This document shows, in pieces, positions 1 through 13,366 of a stretch of 64,000 nucleotides of DNA. How positions within the stretch are numbered: the first letter of the stretch is position 1; every line of letters starts with the position of its first letter. This stretch comes from Trichoplax adhaerens (Eukaryota > Animalia > Placozoa), in NCBI RefSeq assembly GCF_000150275.1, contig NW_002060943.1:1540832-1604831 (forward strand). Direction: 5' to 3'. A program made the translations under genes and the position numbers. Under the pieces are notes generated by a model that was given only the letters and a program-made list of their open reading frames with translations, was not told the DNA's origin and ran no database searches.

Positions 1-325
1 GGAGACATAGAATAAGAGATTATTAAGCTATAGAGTGGCTATTAGAATTACGAAAGGAAAGCCTTATTAATCATCCAATTGACGAAGCAATTACATCCTT
101 GCTACCAAGGGGAAAATCACTGGATCCTACGCGTACTTGGACTGGCGTTGAGAGTCGCTATTTTGCCCTTGACTACAAATTGTAAACTGGCTGCAACATC
201 GTTCAATAGTTTACCCTACTTTCTTCTTAGCCTATTAGCACACGCAATCGATACGATTAGCAAAGTTTTCTATTACGCCTCTACAGCAATCTTACGCTAG
301 TTTCAACCTATCGAATAGGATTATA

Positions 326-3300
326 ATGAAAGAAAATAAAAATAGCGATGGTAGAAGTAATAGCAATACGGATCCGACGATACGAATCGGTACCATCAAT
401 GTTTCGCTAAAATATATTAGTTTATTTACTTTAACGCTTCAAACAACCGCTTTGGTCTTGATCATGCGATATTCTAGAACTATACCTAGCAAGACGATGT
501 ATCTGGTCACTACTGCAGTGGTTATTGCTGAAGCGATGAAAGTCATTACTTGCTTGTTAATCATCTTTCGACAAGTCGGCTTCAATTTTCATAAGTTTAC
601 TGCAGTCGTTCGCGATGAATGTATTGGACAATTCTCTGAGACGATTAAATTGGCTATTCCAGCTGGGCTTTATACGGTGCAAAATAATTTACTCTACATT
701 GCTTTATCCAACCTGGACGCAGCTACATATCAAGTCACCTATCAGTTAAAAATTTTAACTACTGCTGTTTTCTCCGTCACCATGTTGGGTAGGAGACTCA
801 GCTCGACTAAGTGGATTGCATTAGTCTTACTCATGGCTGGTGTCTCATTGGTTCAGGTGAGTGTAGACAGTGCTCTACTTGTAAGAAAGTTGCCGTAAGC
901 ACACTTTCAACGCGTCCAGTGCTTGCAACATTATCAGCCATCGTAGCTGATTTACCAGTACAACTTACATGGTAACAAGTGGACTGCATTCAAGCAGCTA
1001 CCTCATTGAAATTGGATAGATTTCATGTTATCCTCCAATAACGACCATTTCGTGCATGCTTAAAAGTAGCGTAAATGTTATAGAGAGTTATAAAGATGTA
1101 CAGGCAGTCCTCCAATTGGACAGTTTATCTACTGCAGTACTATGGATACAATCAAATATGACTTTGGATTTCTTGAGTACTCTTACAATAGTCGTAGACT
1201 GCGGAGGTGATACATACAGTAGACGAATTTGTGCATCATTTATAGGTATAGACAACCACAACCTACCAATCGATGGATATGGACATCACTTCTGATTGAC
1301 CTAATGTATTATTATCGATTTATATATTAGCATCATCAAATTACTAACTCACTTTCGAAATATTTAGATGCCAACGAAGGGGCCACATAGTTCCAAAGAT
1401 TTATCTAAATCGAAGCAATTCTTGGGATTAGTTGCTGTCCTTACTGCTTGTTTATCAAGCGGATTTTCCGGAGTTTATTTTGAAAAAATTTTGAAAGGTA
1501 GGCTACAGTGTTCTAGAACGCGTATAATACTCTCAGCATTCTTTACGCTTCTGTTCCCTCCATAATGCGATATTATTGACACTAACGTTGATGTTTAGTA
1601 CATCAGTCTATAATTAATTCTTATCCATTAATCAACCATCCCATTCATTCGCCATTCAGTGATTATTGCACTTTACTAGAGTTATATACTAATATCAACA
1701 ACAATTATTCATATCTGTAATGCATCGTACAGTACTGTGCATTCTGGCAAATAAGACTATAAGAACAATATGTATATAATATTCAAATTGCAATAAAATA
1801 CTTGCAGACTGTGTACGCTTAGACAATATCCAGGCTTATTAATGACATAATTAACAGGCAAGCTAGTTGAAAAAATGTGTCGTTATGGATAGTCTAGTTA
1901 CTGTATTTTGTAAATTGTAAGAAAGTCAACGTTATATGACATCTCCATGAATAGATTGATGACATATAGTAGTAATATTAACTAATAATTTACTATTTCG
2001 TGCATTACAAGTATTTTGGTACTAAAGAAATCAACTAGGTATGCTATACATTTTCATTATTCATTATGCGGATCTATGCAGTTGTACTTACTTTACTGTA
2101 CACTTTTCACGACCTCACTGGATTACATTATATAGTACAGTATGTCCCCATAGATAGTATCTACAAATATTATTTAGAAAGCATTAAATGTAGAATATTT
2201 CACAACTTGTGATGATACTGGTAATCAAATACCATACTCGGCCCATGTTGAAGATTTTTACTTGTACTTACATACGATCAATATGGAGACACTCTTTCGC
2301 TTAGAGGTACCGATAATTCATTACTAATAAATGAAAAATCATAGCAATGATGTTACTCCTTGATATTTTTGACCTAATACTCTCCTATAACAGACCTTAC
2401 ACATCATAACATTGTGTTATAGTGACCACGTAGTACAGTAGTATCTTGAAGGTATCACGATATTGCTTGAAAATTCAACGAAAGATGAGCCTTATTTATC
2501 TGTCAAAGTTAAGGTGTTTACTTAAAGGCAGATAGATATACTTTAATACTCTGATTGTTACTTTATCACCTACAAGAGACTGATCCCTACTGTACATGCA
2601 ACGGCATTGGCTTCTATTAAATCGTTTGATTTCTCTGCTAACTCTATGGTTATCATCTATATTGCAGTTGCAGTTGTAATGGTGCCAAACAGCTACCTTC
2701 TTGTCATAACGCCTATGTAGTACTGTAGGTTGCTAATTCTATTCAGACTCAACGAAACTGACTAAGGAGTTTATTACAACTGAAATTGCCCATTCGCCCT
2801 ATGTTTTATAGTAATCTTCGATCACGAAAGTAGTAGTTTACACTTTGGTAGGGCTAGTATCATACTGTATTACTAAAGTAAGCCTGACTTTATCATTTAC
2901 CAATATGTGTTGTCCATGACAATCTCCATAAATATTTTATTACCACTGACTTTTAAATCTCCAATCTGTGTAACTTGTTCATTTATACTGTAGGTACAAA
3001 GTCTTCCATTTGGGTTCGTAACGTACAGCTTGGTACATTTGGATTTATTTTCGGTTTAATGGGAATGTTGTACAAAGATTATGATGCACTTGTTAAAGAT
3101 GGTTTTTTCCAAGGCTATAATAACATTACGTGGATCGTCGTAAGTTTACAGGTAATGCTACACTGCTTTAGTATGTTTTAAACGCAGGTTTAGATTATTC
3201 TTGCGCTCGATAGCAAGGCTGTACCGAATGTTGGGAATAGGATTATCATCAACTATGTATGCTGTCGTAATCATAACACAAATTTTTTTTTCAATCATCA

Positions 3301-3549
3301 TTGCAGGCTATTGGGGGTTTGATAGTCGCCGTTGTTGTAAAATACGCTGACAACATCCTTAAAGGATTCGCTACATCGATCTCAATCATAACATCTTCAC
3401 TTTTATCTTATTACGTTTTACAAGACTTTATTCCATCTCAATTTTTTGTGTATGGAACTTGCATTGTACTTGTCGCCACTTATTTATATAGTAAGCCTGA
3501 CGCCCCAGCTCCTAGTCCGCCGACTTCTTCAGCAAGTAACAAAGTCTGA
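326..3549 (+). CDS. SLC35A3: Nucleotide-sugar (UDP-GlcNAc/UDP-Gal) transporter, SLC35A3-like; 4 exons (326-856, 1368-1497, 2994-3151, 3307-3549)
   Basis: SLC35A motifs [82 protein letters not shown] junctions join in frame. NLDAATYQ and [12 protein letters not shown] are closer to A3 than A2 as recalled. Confidence 0.9.
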
Positions 3550-4503
3550 ATAGACGTGAAATAGGATACTGGAGAAGCTGAACTATCGTCGAATTATCCA
3601 ATTCATTTCAGCATAAATGACTATAATACGCTTTTAGCGTATCGCAAATGAGGCGAAGCAACGATATCGAACGAATTGAACTGGCGTTTTCTTAGGATAA
3701 TCACTATATTATAGACTGATGTTCAAATTCATTTTAATCTATATTTAACTTACAACGTGTGCGTAAGGACTTGTCCATCATTATGATTTGGATATATACA
3801 GATATTACGTAGGTATGATATTATTATTATTATTTTATTACAATTTGATGATGAAACCGAGATTATACTAATTTGTGTACTCGTATTTTAATGTATTTGG
3901 TAGTTACCGTCTTAAGTTATTGTTGTTGTCTCCATTGGACATACACGTCCATTGTGTTTAATTAATGTGAAGACAATCTTAAACTGTTGGCGTGTGATAT
4001 AGCACAACTAAAGTTGCATAAGGGAAATCCATCGGAGAATTCTTGCTCAATTATTGAAACTGAACTCTTTCACGATATACAGACTCTTTAATCAAGAAAA
4101 TTACAAAACGACATATACCTAGTCAGAAAATCATATACAACTAATTATATACAAACAGTAGCATAATGATTTAGATTGTTTACCGAAATAGGTATACGGT
4201 ATAATCAAAGCAAAAGTGAATGTATTGTTTTCAGAATCTTACTAAAATGACACTAATTCAAGATAAATTAACTAACGATTCCTTCATTCCTTCATTTATG
4301 TTATTAGTAAAATATCTCCAATACCGCTTACATAACAATTGAAAATTATCCGTAATCCATACGGAAAACAGAATAAAACTTGACGAAAAAGTACTTGTCA
4401 CTGTAGATGAGTAATTGCAGTGATAGGTAGTTACAATTGAAGATGAAGCAAGTGCATCCTTGATCAACGATAGTTTAAATTATAATTCTTGATTGGTAAA
4501 CTG

Positions 4504-5484
4504 TTAATCTTTGCCAGCAACGAGTATCCCTTGGCCAGACGACTTTGTTTCTTTGCTCTCTTCCTGATTGGATTCTCGTTCTCCTCTGACTTTAATGTTA
4601 TACTTTTGCCTAAATTGATTTATCTCTTCTCCTTTGGTACCTAATCTCTCTTTTAGTTTTTCCGTTGCTTTAATGATCTGTAAGCATGGAAACAATCAAG
4701 TTAACTTTAAGAACCTAGCCGCAGTATGGCATTAAAAAGCGTAGGCTTTACCTTCTCGCTATACTACAGTATAAAGTAGACTGTATAGTATAAATTAACA
4801 TGCGTATCCGCTTTGGTGTCTCACTGAGAATAATATGAGATGATATCCAACGATTTTCATTTCATATATCACAAGTAAATGCTGGTACACAGCTCTACGG
4901 TACTGTATAGCACTGTATTTGCAGTCCATGATAATACAGTAGTGTAATTCGATTAAAGTAATTCCAAAATTAAAGAAGACAACGTTAAGTGGGTTGCACG
5001 TTTCTACTACTATTACAATACCTGCTCTTGGTTATGTTGCAACGCTGGAAGGACTTCTCCAGCCGTCCTTTCAACCAAAATGCCTCCAATCAAACGGAAG
5101 CATTTCCTCTTTGCGTCGACCTCTTGCAAGGTATCAATGACAATTCTGTATAAAAAGAAGTGAATGCATAGATTCATTGACGTAGCCAACATCATGACAA
5201 CAAGTAAGCATGTAACCGAAACAATCTATCTCCTTTAGCAGCTCGCTATGTGAAAGTGGATCCATTGCAATCGATGGATTTCATCTGCTAGAGCTGGACA
5301 ACAAGTCCATAGTATCCTGTTATTACTGCTTTACAAGTCTACAAACTCACTTGTGCTCATTTTTCTCTAATTCTAATTCGCCAATCTTGGAAGCAATCGC
5401 TCTCTGTTCCTGTCTTAAATGGTTAAACTGTGCAACAACTTGATCCTGTGTATATAACGTCTTCGTTTTCTTGCCAGTCGCCAT
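4504..5484 (-). CDS. PFDN2: Prefoldin subunit 2; 3 exons (5484-5351, 5145-5022, 4677-4504)
   Basis: QVVAQFNHLRQEQRAIASKIGELELEKNEH, VIDTLQEVDAKRKCFRLIGGILVERTAGEVLPAL, KGEEINQFRQKYNI and C-terminal GILV; canonical splice sites in frame. Confidence 0.95.
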
Positions 5485-5774
5485 GATGCCTTGTCCACTA
5501 TGAGAGCCTTTGAAAAAATCGATACGCTTGACTATACGCAAGAGTACTGTCCTGTGCTGTATACTCACCTACAGTACCGGTCTAGACCAGCTCGGTTTCT
5601 CGGCCTTTAGTGCATGCGCAATGTTGACAGATCTCAGCCGTTTGCCACTTCCACCATACTCATTTCTGAAATTGAGCCGTTTATGACTGTTCAGTAGGGT
5701 ATATGAAATACTGTACTGTACAGTATAGTAGACTAGTGATGCGGGATGCTGATGCCGTACTTTGAGGTCTTGAC

Positions 5775-5799
5775 GGTCTGGTCTGGTCTGGTCTGGTCC
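5775..5799. repeat. (GGTCT)n microsatellite in the PFDN2/PROSER3 divergent promoter
   Basis: ggtctggtctggtctggtctggtcc read directly. Confidence 0.85.
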
Positions 5800-5904
5800 G
5801 GACCCCGGTCTGCAGAAAACGGTACGCTCAAGGATACAGTGTACAGTACTGTACGTAGTGTACTGTACACTGTACAGTACACTGAGTAATAGTAGCTCCA
5901 AAAT

Positions 5905-6210
5905 ACCCTCTTTAGACGGACAGACATCTGGCCTCATTTCCTTCACAAATTGTTCTAAACACTGCGTTATGACTGTGCTGTACTTTAGTATGCTAACAGT
6001 CGATTGTGAATGAAGTGATTTTTTGCTAATGAAGTCATATTTCATTGCCTTCCATTACCTATTGCTAATCTCTGCTTGCAAGCAGTAACTTCAGATCGTC
6101 AATGTTATTTCAAATTAATACGAGTGATTTAGAAAACAGACACGGAAAATCGATACTGAGCAACTCTTTTTCCACATTTCACTCTAATCAGATTTGAAAA
6201 AGTCCGTCCA
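5905..6210 (+). mobile_element. Old dispersed ~300-bp element (MITE-like), copy A
   Basis: Colinear similarity to 19783-20068; begins ...GACGGACAGAC and ends AAAAGTCCGTC (short inverted termini GACGGAC/GTCCGTC). Confidence 0.55.
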
Positions 6211-6332
6211 TCCGAGGAGAGCACCTAGTCCATTTGAGTAGTCCAAGTGTACTGGGTACTCTTCTCGGACGGACGGTCGTACACACTCCATTCGTGGCGG
6301 GCTTCAACACACACTTACGTCACCTTCCAATG

Positions 6333-6346
6333 ATTACCATGGCAAA
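6333..6346 (+). promoter_or_regulatory. RFX X-box-like site upstream of the PROSER3-like gene
   Basis: ATTACCATGGCAAA matches 12/14 of GTTACCATGGCAAC, ~90 bp before the predicted ATG. Confidence 0.4.
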
Positions 6347-6430
6347 CGAGTTCGTTTTGAAAGTGGAAATGAATTGGAAATAATGTCCAACAACATCTCG
6401 GCGTAAGATAGAAGCAACAGTAAAACATTG

Positions 6431-9400
6431 ATGGCTTTGAGGACTATCAACAGCAATAAGGATTGGTGAGTGAAGAAATGATGAATTCACAGTACTGCAT
6501 GAGTGTATAGAGCAACGTACTAGCTACATGTACAATTGTACAGCCATGATATAGGATAGTCAATTGTAGATGTTCAATGCTTGAGCATGATGGAAAGGTA
6601 GATTTTAGGCGAATTACCACTCAATAGACTGCATGAAGTTGTTCTTATTAAGTAGTCCCTCATTATGACTGTAATAGCGACCGACAGTGATAATATGCTG
6701 CTAACGTGTACTCTTATTTTGGATACTTTTGTAGTGTATTTAGCACAGATGATCCATTTGCTGAAGAGGAACAACAATCTCGGCCTTTTTATTATCCTAC
6801 TCCTGAGAAATACTTTGATCCAGAACAACGACGTCAGGTTCATTCCACTCTACATAAATGATGATCATCCGCTCAATTTATTTTCATGCCATCATATGCA
6901 GTCAATTGAATATGGACTGATCAAATGACCCCGCCATTCGGACATAATTTATTGTATTGCAAAGTGCTATACTAATACTCTATACTACGCTTTGTAGTAA
7001 GCTTCAATGGCTACTCACATCATTGCATCGGTTCTATACCTTCTTAGTACGCTGACAATATCAATTCGTTATTTTGACTTATTTGAAACCTCCTTTGCCC
7101 TCTGTATTTCTGTATTTTTTGTATTAACATACTATATCAATTTTACTGTGCATCATTTTGTCGATATTAGCTCATGATCTCAAAGATAGAATATCGTCTC
7201 AAATCCGTACCAAATTTACTGTTTCGATCAAACTCCTTGATTAAAATTCATGCCAATACAATAGTAGTAATAAACGACGTATAGTATTTCCTACGGAATA
7301 ACATGGCGAAATACTGTATGCGTTTCACAACCTAGAGGAAGTAATTAAAGCCTCCTGTAAAGGTCCACACTAGAATTTGCCAGTTAATTTCACGCTGAAG
7401 TTGATGCAATATTCCCAAATTAATTAATTAACATTTCCGCCTGAAACATTGCTTAAACTGATACTTTTGGATTGATTGTAGCCTAATAGTGTAGTGCCAC
7501 TAGCCAGTATCCAATTTGTAAGGATCATAAATGCAGTTCTGTTTATGCAAAAGGATATGATAACAGTTAAATACAATAACTTCTTTGTTATTACCATTGC
7601 ATATTAAAATCTATTTCAATATGTTCTTGTGGTAATACGGTCGATGATTGTAATGACAAACCTACTTCATGACTGATTAGATATCGATAAAACCTCGACG
7701 GCTGGATAAGGAAGAGGAAAACTTGGAGCTCATCTCGAAGGCATTTATCGATCGTTCTCACGATTTGAAACCTATAGCAAATCAACAAGAATCATTATAT
7801 GATGAAGAAACTTGGCCAACTACCAGCAGTGATCAGTCTATGGCAATGTCCACCCCAGAATCAACCTCAAATCAGCGACGCAGTAATGTCGCAAAAACTG
7901 CTGACAACAGCAATGGCAATAAGGATTTTACATCAGCACAGTTAACTAGTCTCAACCGTAGCCTTAATGAACACAAATCGATCCCCTCAAGAGACCAAAT
8001 CAATAACAATCAAACCAAATCTGATAAAACTACAATTTCTTGGTTAGCGAAATGATATAATGTATACTATATTTATATCTTAATTGCCACATGCAAACTA
8101 TTACGTCTTTAGTTAGTAGCTGGCCTATGAGATTCTTAGAGTAAGAGATAGGGATCCAAATTCTGGAATCAGTGAAATCTTTTATCACTTACTCAGTAAC
8201 GTGGTTAAATATTGCAGGTATATAGATAGATTTCGACAATCAAAACCAACTCCAAGGGATGAACGAAATCTTTCTACTGAAACATCTGACTTCTGGTGGA
8301 AAGACAACGACAACAAGACAGAAATCACTAAAAGCCTGCAAGGTATCCATTATGAACGTGAGGCAATGAAAGAACACACTTCCAATGCCGATGGAAAGAC
8401 AGTAATTTGATACATATTTATATTTTTGGTTATAATTAAACTCTGTTCAAATGCTTATGATACAGTGTATTCATATTTTCAATAGAGTGATAGCGGTAAC
8501 ACAGCAACTAGCCACGATGAAAGAAAATTAGATCCATTGAATGACATACACCAACGAGCCAATTTACTAATCAGTGAAAGGTATCGCTATCTCATTACGT
8601 AATAGTAGCAATCCTGTAGAGCCATTAGATTTATATGCCTTTACGTAAAAAGTTAAAAACGATTTATCTTTATGGTCAACGCAGTGCCAGATCCTGACAA
8701 TGCTATTGCCTTCTTAGCTCATGTTATTACATTTTATTTTTAAACTCTCCAGCCAAAGCGTATTATCAGAATCCAGTTTGATGCCTCGTGTAAGCACCGA
8801 CGGATTCTCGTCTGACCTGTCCGATCGAAAAAGCGATCGTTATGTCTTAACAAGCGATAGTAAAACCATCTCCAAGCAAACCTCTAGAAGTCCTCCTCTA
8901 AGAGTAATAAAAAATTTCGATACTACCACTCAAAATATTAAAAACAATTGTCCAGAAGAAATTAGTCATGCTCATAGTAACGATGACCTATTATATCAGT
9001 GGCGGATAGCACGAAAGATGGAGTTAGCTAGATTATCGAGGGCCAGATCAGGTTGGTATTCAAATCTCAATTGGATAAGTATTAAATAAGTAAATGGACA
9101 AAATGTCATGCATGTATGTAGTTTAAAGGTGCACGTTTCCGTTTTAGGGTACCTGAAAACTAAATCACAATTTATTCCACGTGTGGCTAGCAATCTGCAT
9201 AGTTCAGAAATTAATTACTCAAATACGATTAGCAATACTAAATATCGATTGAAGGATGCTGCTGTACAAACTGTTCATAATTTTGACGCTAAGATGGTAG
9301 CGAAGACCATTTCCTTCGACGTTTATACCCAAACTAATGCTCACTTGGAACAGATTACTGGTGATAGACTCGTGGCTACCAATAAAACGGAAAATAGCAC

Positions 9401-9968
9401 AAAGACATTAGTAAATCAATCCCTAATTACAAGCAGTGTACACACAGTTGGTGAAAAGGAAGAAAGCTTATTGAAGCACAATAATTCTGAAATTACCTCA
9501 GATAAAGCCGTAAATGCTGATCTTTTGGTATCGGATTGCAACAACTATGAAAAGAACGTTAACATGAGTTTAGGAGATGTGAACGATATCGCTAAAGAAA
9601 GCGCTAGTGTACAAAAGAATTTATCCAAAGGAAGTTCTGACCATAATATTGTGCCGCAAGAAAAAAACGATATGAAAGAGCCTGAAGACTACAATGTTGA
9701 CTTGGATTCCATATCTAGCGACGAGGAATATCAAGATGAAATTTTACAAATTCTAGAAGCTAAAGCGAGTCAATGTCGTCAACAGTTGGCGTTAGTATAT
9801 TTAGTCCAATGACTCTTTCATGCATAGCTGAGCATATGCATTTGCGACATTGCGTACAGTCGTGCTGCGAATATTACTAAAGCGAATTGTATTTGCTTTA
9901 CTTTTCTTTATAGATGGGTCGATACTTTATTGGAAGAACTTAAAGAGGAAAGGCAATTTCAAGACTAA
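6431..9968 (+). CDS. PROSER3: Proline/serine-rich protein 3 (C19orf55)-like; 8 exons (6431-6465, 6744-6837, 7681-8042, 8218-8401, 8486-8580, 8753-9051, 9148-9790, 9914-9968)
   Basis: Islands YIDRFRQSKPTPRDER...DFWW and DDLLYQWRIARKME resemble the PROSER3 motifs I recall (YINRFRQAQPTSREER..DFWW; DDILYQWRQRRKLE). All exon phases are compatible; the first two exons are less certain. Confidence 0.72.
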
Positions 9969-12900
9969 CGAATGAATTGAAAGAATTTTAAAACCGTTGA
10001 GTTATTAATAATACAGTATATTTATACTTCCTTTATGTATATAAGACTATACTTCAAGGATATAGGCAAATGTAACGTAAAAATTTAAAAGTTACATGAT
10101 CGAAAATGATGGCAATATTCAGAAGGAACCGCATGGATCGCTTATCGAAATCATCCTTTGTATTATATAGCTTTAGATCCGCTTTTAACTACTTTATTGT
10201 CAATCGAATTTCGGAAAGAAATGATCGCGATTCAAAAGGGCATAATGTAAAAATTAAATAATTATTTTGTTTTATAACTTCATATTCGTAACGACTGTAA
10301 CCTAGGCAGGGTAGAACATGTAAATTAAAATTATGGTTACAATTAACATGGACTATAGCTCATGGAGGTATAACACGGTGTTGATGTAGATAATAGACTT
10401 TTTATATATTGACATGCTTTATAGCAACTTTAGAAATAAAATTCAATCTTGATCGATTTGATCCAACTTTAGCTTTCGATAGCCTTTAAAGAAATGTTAC
10501 GATAGCGGTATATTGTTAATACGTTCCTTGCTAAGTAAATATTCGATTGATAGTGTTGATTTTCAGAATAGGAAAGATATGTTTTATCTTGGCGTATGCT
10601 ATTCTGTCTATTACTTTATTTCTCACGGCTACAAATTCGTTGTAAGTAAGGAACAATCTAATTTTATATCTCTCTAAAATACGGAAGATACAGCTAGGCG
10701 CTACAATAGAAATGTCAGTCAACGGAGAAAGTGTCGAATGCAATAGAGTACAATATCATTAAAACAATACTTTTATGGCGATGCAATATTTATTCCGGTG
10801 TACATTATCTATAACAACATGATCTGATAGTTAGTGTTCTACGCAGCATATTGATTTTACATAGTAAACCAATCATTACAATATTTCCACCCCTAGAGGT
10901 AAAGTTAAGAAACTTCTTGGTAAAATTGGTTTTCGTTAGCTATGATTACTGTATTTGGAGAAGGCTAAAATACTACAAGTATACGAGTATTAAAAACTTA
11001 CTAACTGTAAAACTACTCATATTGCGATTGTTAATCTACCAACATAATACACAGTAGACTCTACGATAGCGATAACTTAGAATCTATTTTTGATTAGAAA
11101 TGATAAGAGCAACCATTTTGGGCAATGTTTAAGAAATGAATTACGTTATATAATTTTAGCTTTGCAATTTGCTGATAAAGTGAAAAGAAAGTCCAGCAAT
11201 TCACATAGCCTCCTAACCGATCATTTTGCAAAATTATAATACCCCAGATATTAAATACGTATGAATTGAAATTGTAATTGATTACTTCGGGAGTTTTTTA
11301 TGCTAATTACTTTAATGCATTAGCTAATAAATCTGAATACAACATTGATTAATTTATAGGTAATAATTAAGATACCATCTGACATTTTATAATAATGATT
11401 CTATGTCGTATCACTACAACCCTTCTTTTGATGGGCAAGGTCTATTTCTATATAAACGTTGATAAAAGTAAAATTATGTATCAACATTACTATTCAGGCA
11501 TTAATGGAGAAATTAAGGGTTTCCGCCTATGACGTTTCTTTTATTAAAAGGATCAAAGCGCTATTCCATTCCTTCATGCGAGACTAAATGGTTTTGCATG
11601 CTAGCTTTAGTATTTCACCTGTGATCACAACAATGTTATATATATAATAAGTTCTGTTAATTATAACCTTTAACTTGTAATCAATATAATTAATTGATTA
11701 TGACAATATAAATAATAAGATTTTTTTTCTTAAAAAAATTGGGACATCAGATGCATTTAAATGGATTGAAAAATTCATCTTCACCCTTGCATCTGTGCTG
11801 CCTATCTTGCTTGGTTAATTTTACATATCCCACTTTATAGAGTGTGCTACTGGATACCAATCGAAAAATATTACGCTAAAAAATTTATATTTTTTAATAT
11901 AGAACTTTTTTGAGTAGTTCTTATCGATGATAGCTAAAGTTATGACTATCTAAAGGATCTGTCTGCCCATCCTAGTATTCTTACAATCGTTTTCATTTCA
12001 ATTCAGTAGTATACACGTAAAAATGACGTAAATTATCGTTCATATAATTGAAAACGCAATTATATTCCGACTACTTGCTAGAATTACACTTTTGGAGGCA
12101 AGCAATCAGTTAGAGAAAACATAGCCATTAATTTTTTCTTTAATTTTAACAGAGTTTAAGCTATCGGCTACCTGGGGACTAACCACCAATCTTGACCAAT
12201 TAATGATAAATTACGGACACTATCAGGTAAAGAAATATAGAATAATTACTATTGAGCTAAATTCAAAAGACATAAGACATCGAAGCCTTCTATTGAAAAA
12301 TTATTTGTAAGTCTGCTTAACTGAGAGTAATCATATCTAGCTAGTACATATATATGTAGCCACATCCATTTTATTTTCTATCGTCATGTTCAATGCAGTC
12401 TGTTTTAATATTTTATTCCAGTAACGATACATTTTACTTCAGTTTTAATCTGGATTTTGATGCTTTCTGATTATTTTTAGCTTTCTATCAGAACTCCTAG
12501 GTTGATTCATAATTGCCTTTATTAATTACTGGAAATGAGGGTAATTCTTCAAGACGAATAAGCCTCAAACTTTTAACCTATATCCTGCTCTACATTGTTG
12601 TACAATTAATCTGCAGGATTTCTTCTTAAAAGTAACATCTGTCAGTTTTTAAAGACGCTCCTAATAAATATAGTAAAAAATTTCCAATTTTTTATTTCAA
12701 TACATTTCAATTCCAATACAAATTTCCGCGGTATCACTTACTTTACCAAAAAACATTGGAATAGCAATCGATATTTCATTTTTACACTGTATGATTGTAT
12801 ATATTCTTCTTTATTTCTAATTTAATGATCACCTATCGTTCTTTCCTGTAATGAAGAAAGATCAAGATTACAATATATTCCTAGTTGTAATTAATCTGTA

Positions 12901-13316
12901 ATAATACGCTAACATGAAAGTACCCATTAATTTTAAAAGAAATGATGCTTAGAGGATATACACCTGGTTACTAGCATCATTAAAAAAATAAATTTAATTT
13001 AATAACAGTAATACTAGTATGAAAAATCATGCTACGATTTTACTTCAGTATTATATTATTGTAAATGTCAATTGAATATGCAATCCATCGTATTTTAAAG
13101 TTACCAAATCGTAAAGACTTATTAAATCTGCCTTTATTTAAATTTTTTTCTTTGATTATTTGAATACCAATTTTAATTTTAATTGAATGTTAGCAGCTGA
13201 AATACTAACCCATTTCTCTCTTAATTGTAAGCGTTCCTCCTAAATGAAGAAATACATCGAGTTACTACGAAAGTTCAACTTTTACACATGTCTAAGGCTT
13301 TTTTAGATCACAGAAT

Positions 13317-13366
13317 NNNNNNNNNNNNNNNNNNNNNNNNNNNNNNNNNNNNNNNNNNNNNNNNNN
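13317..13366. other. Assembly gap (50 N)
   Basis: Run of N; the sequence after the gap repeats 13111-13195. Confidence 0.99.

Noticed and set aside
5569-6045. 158-aa and 64-aa minus-strand ORFs in the PFDN2 promoter
   Set aside because: Translate microsatellite and TACAG repeats; no family motifs or coherent splice structure.
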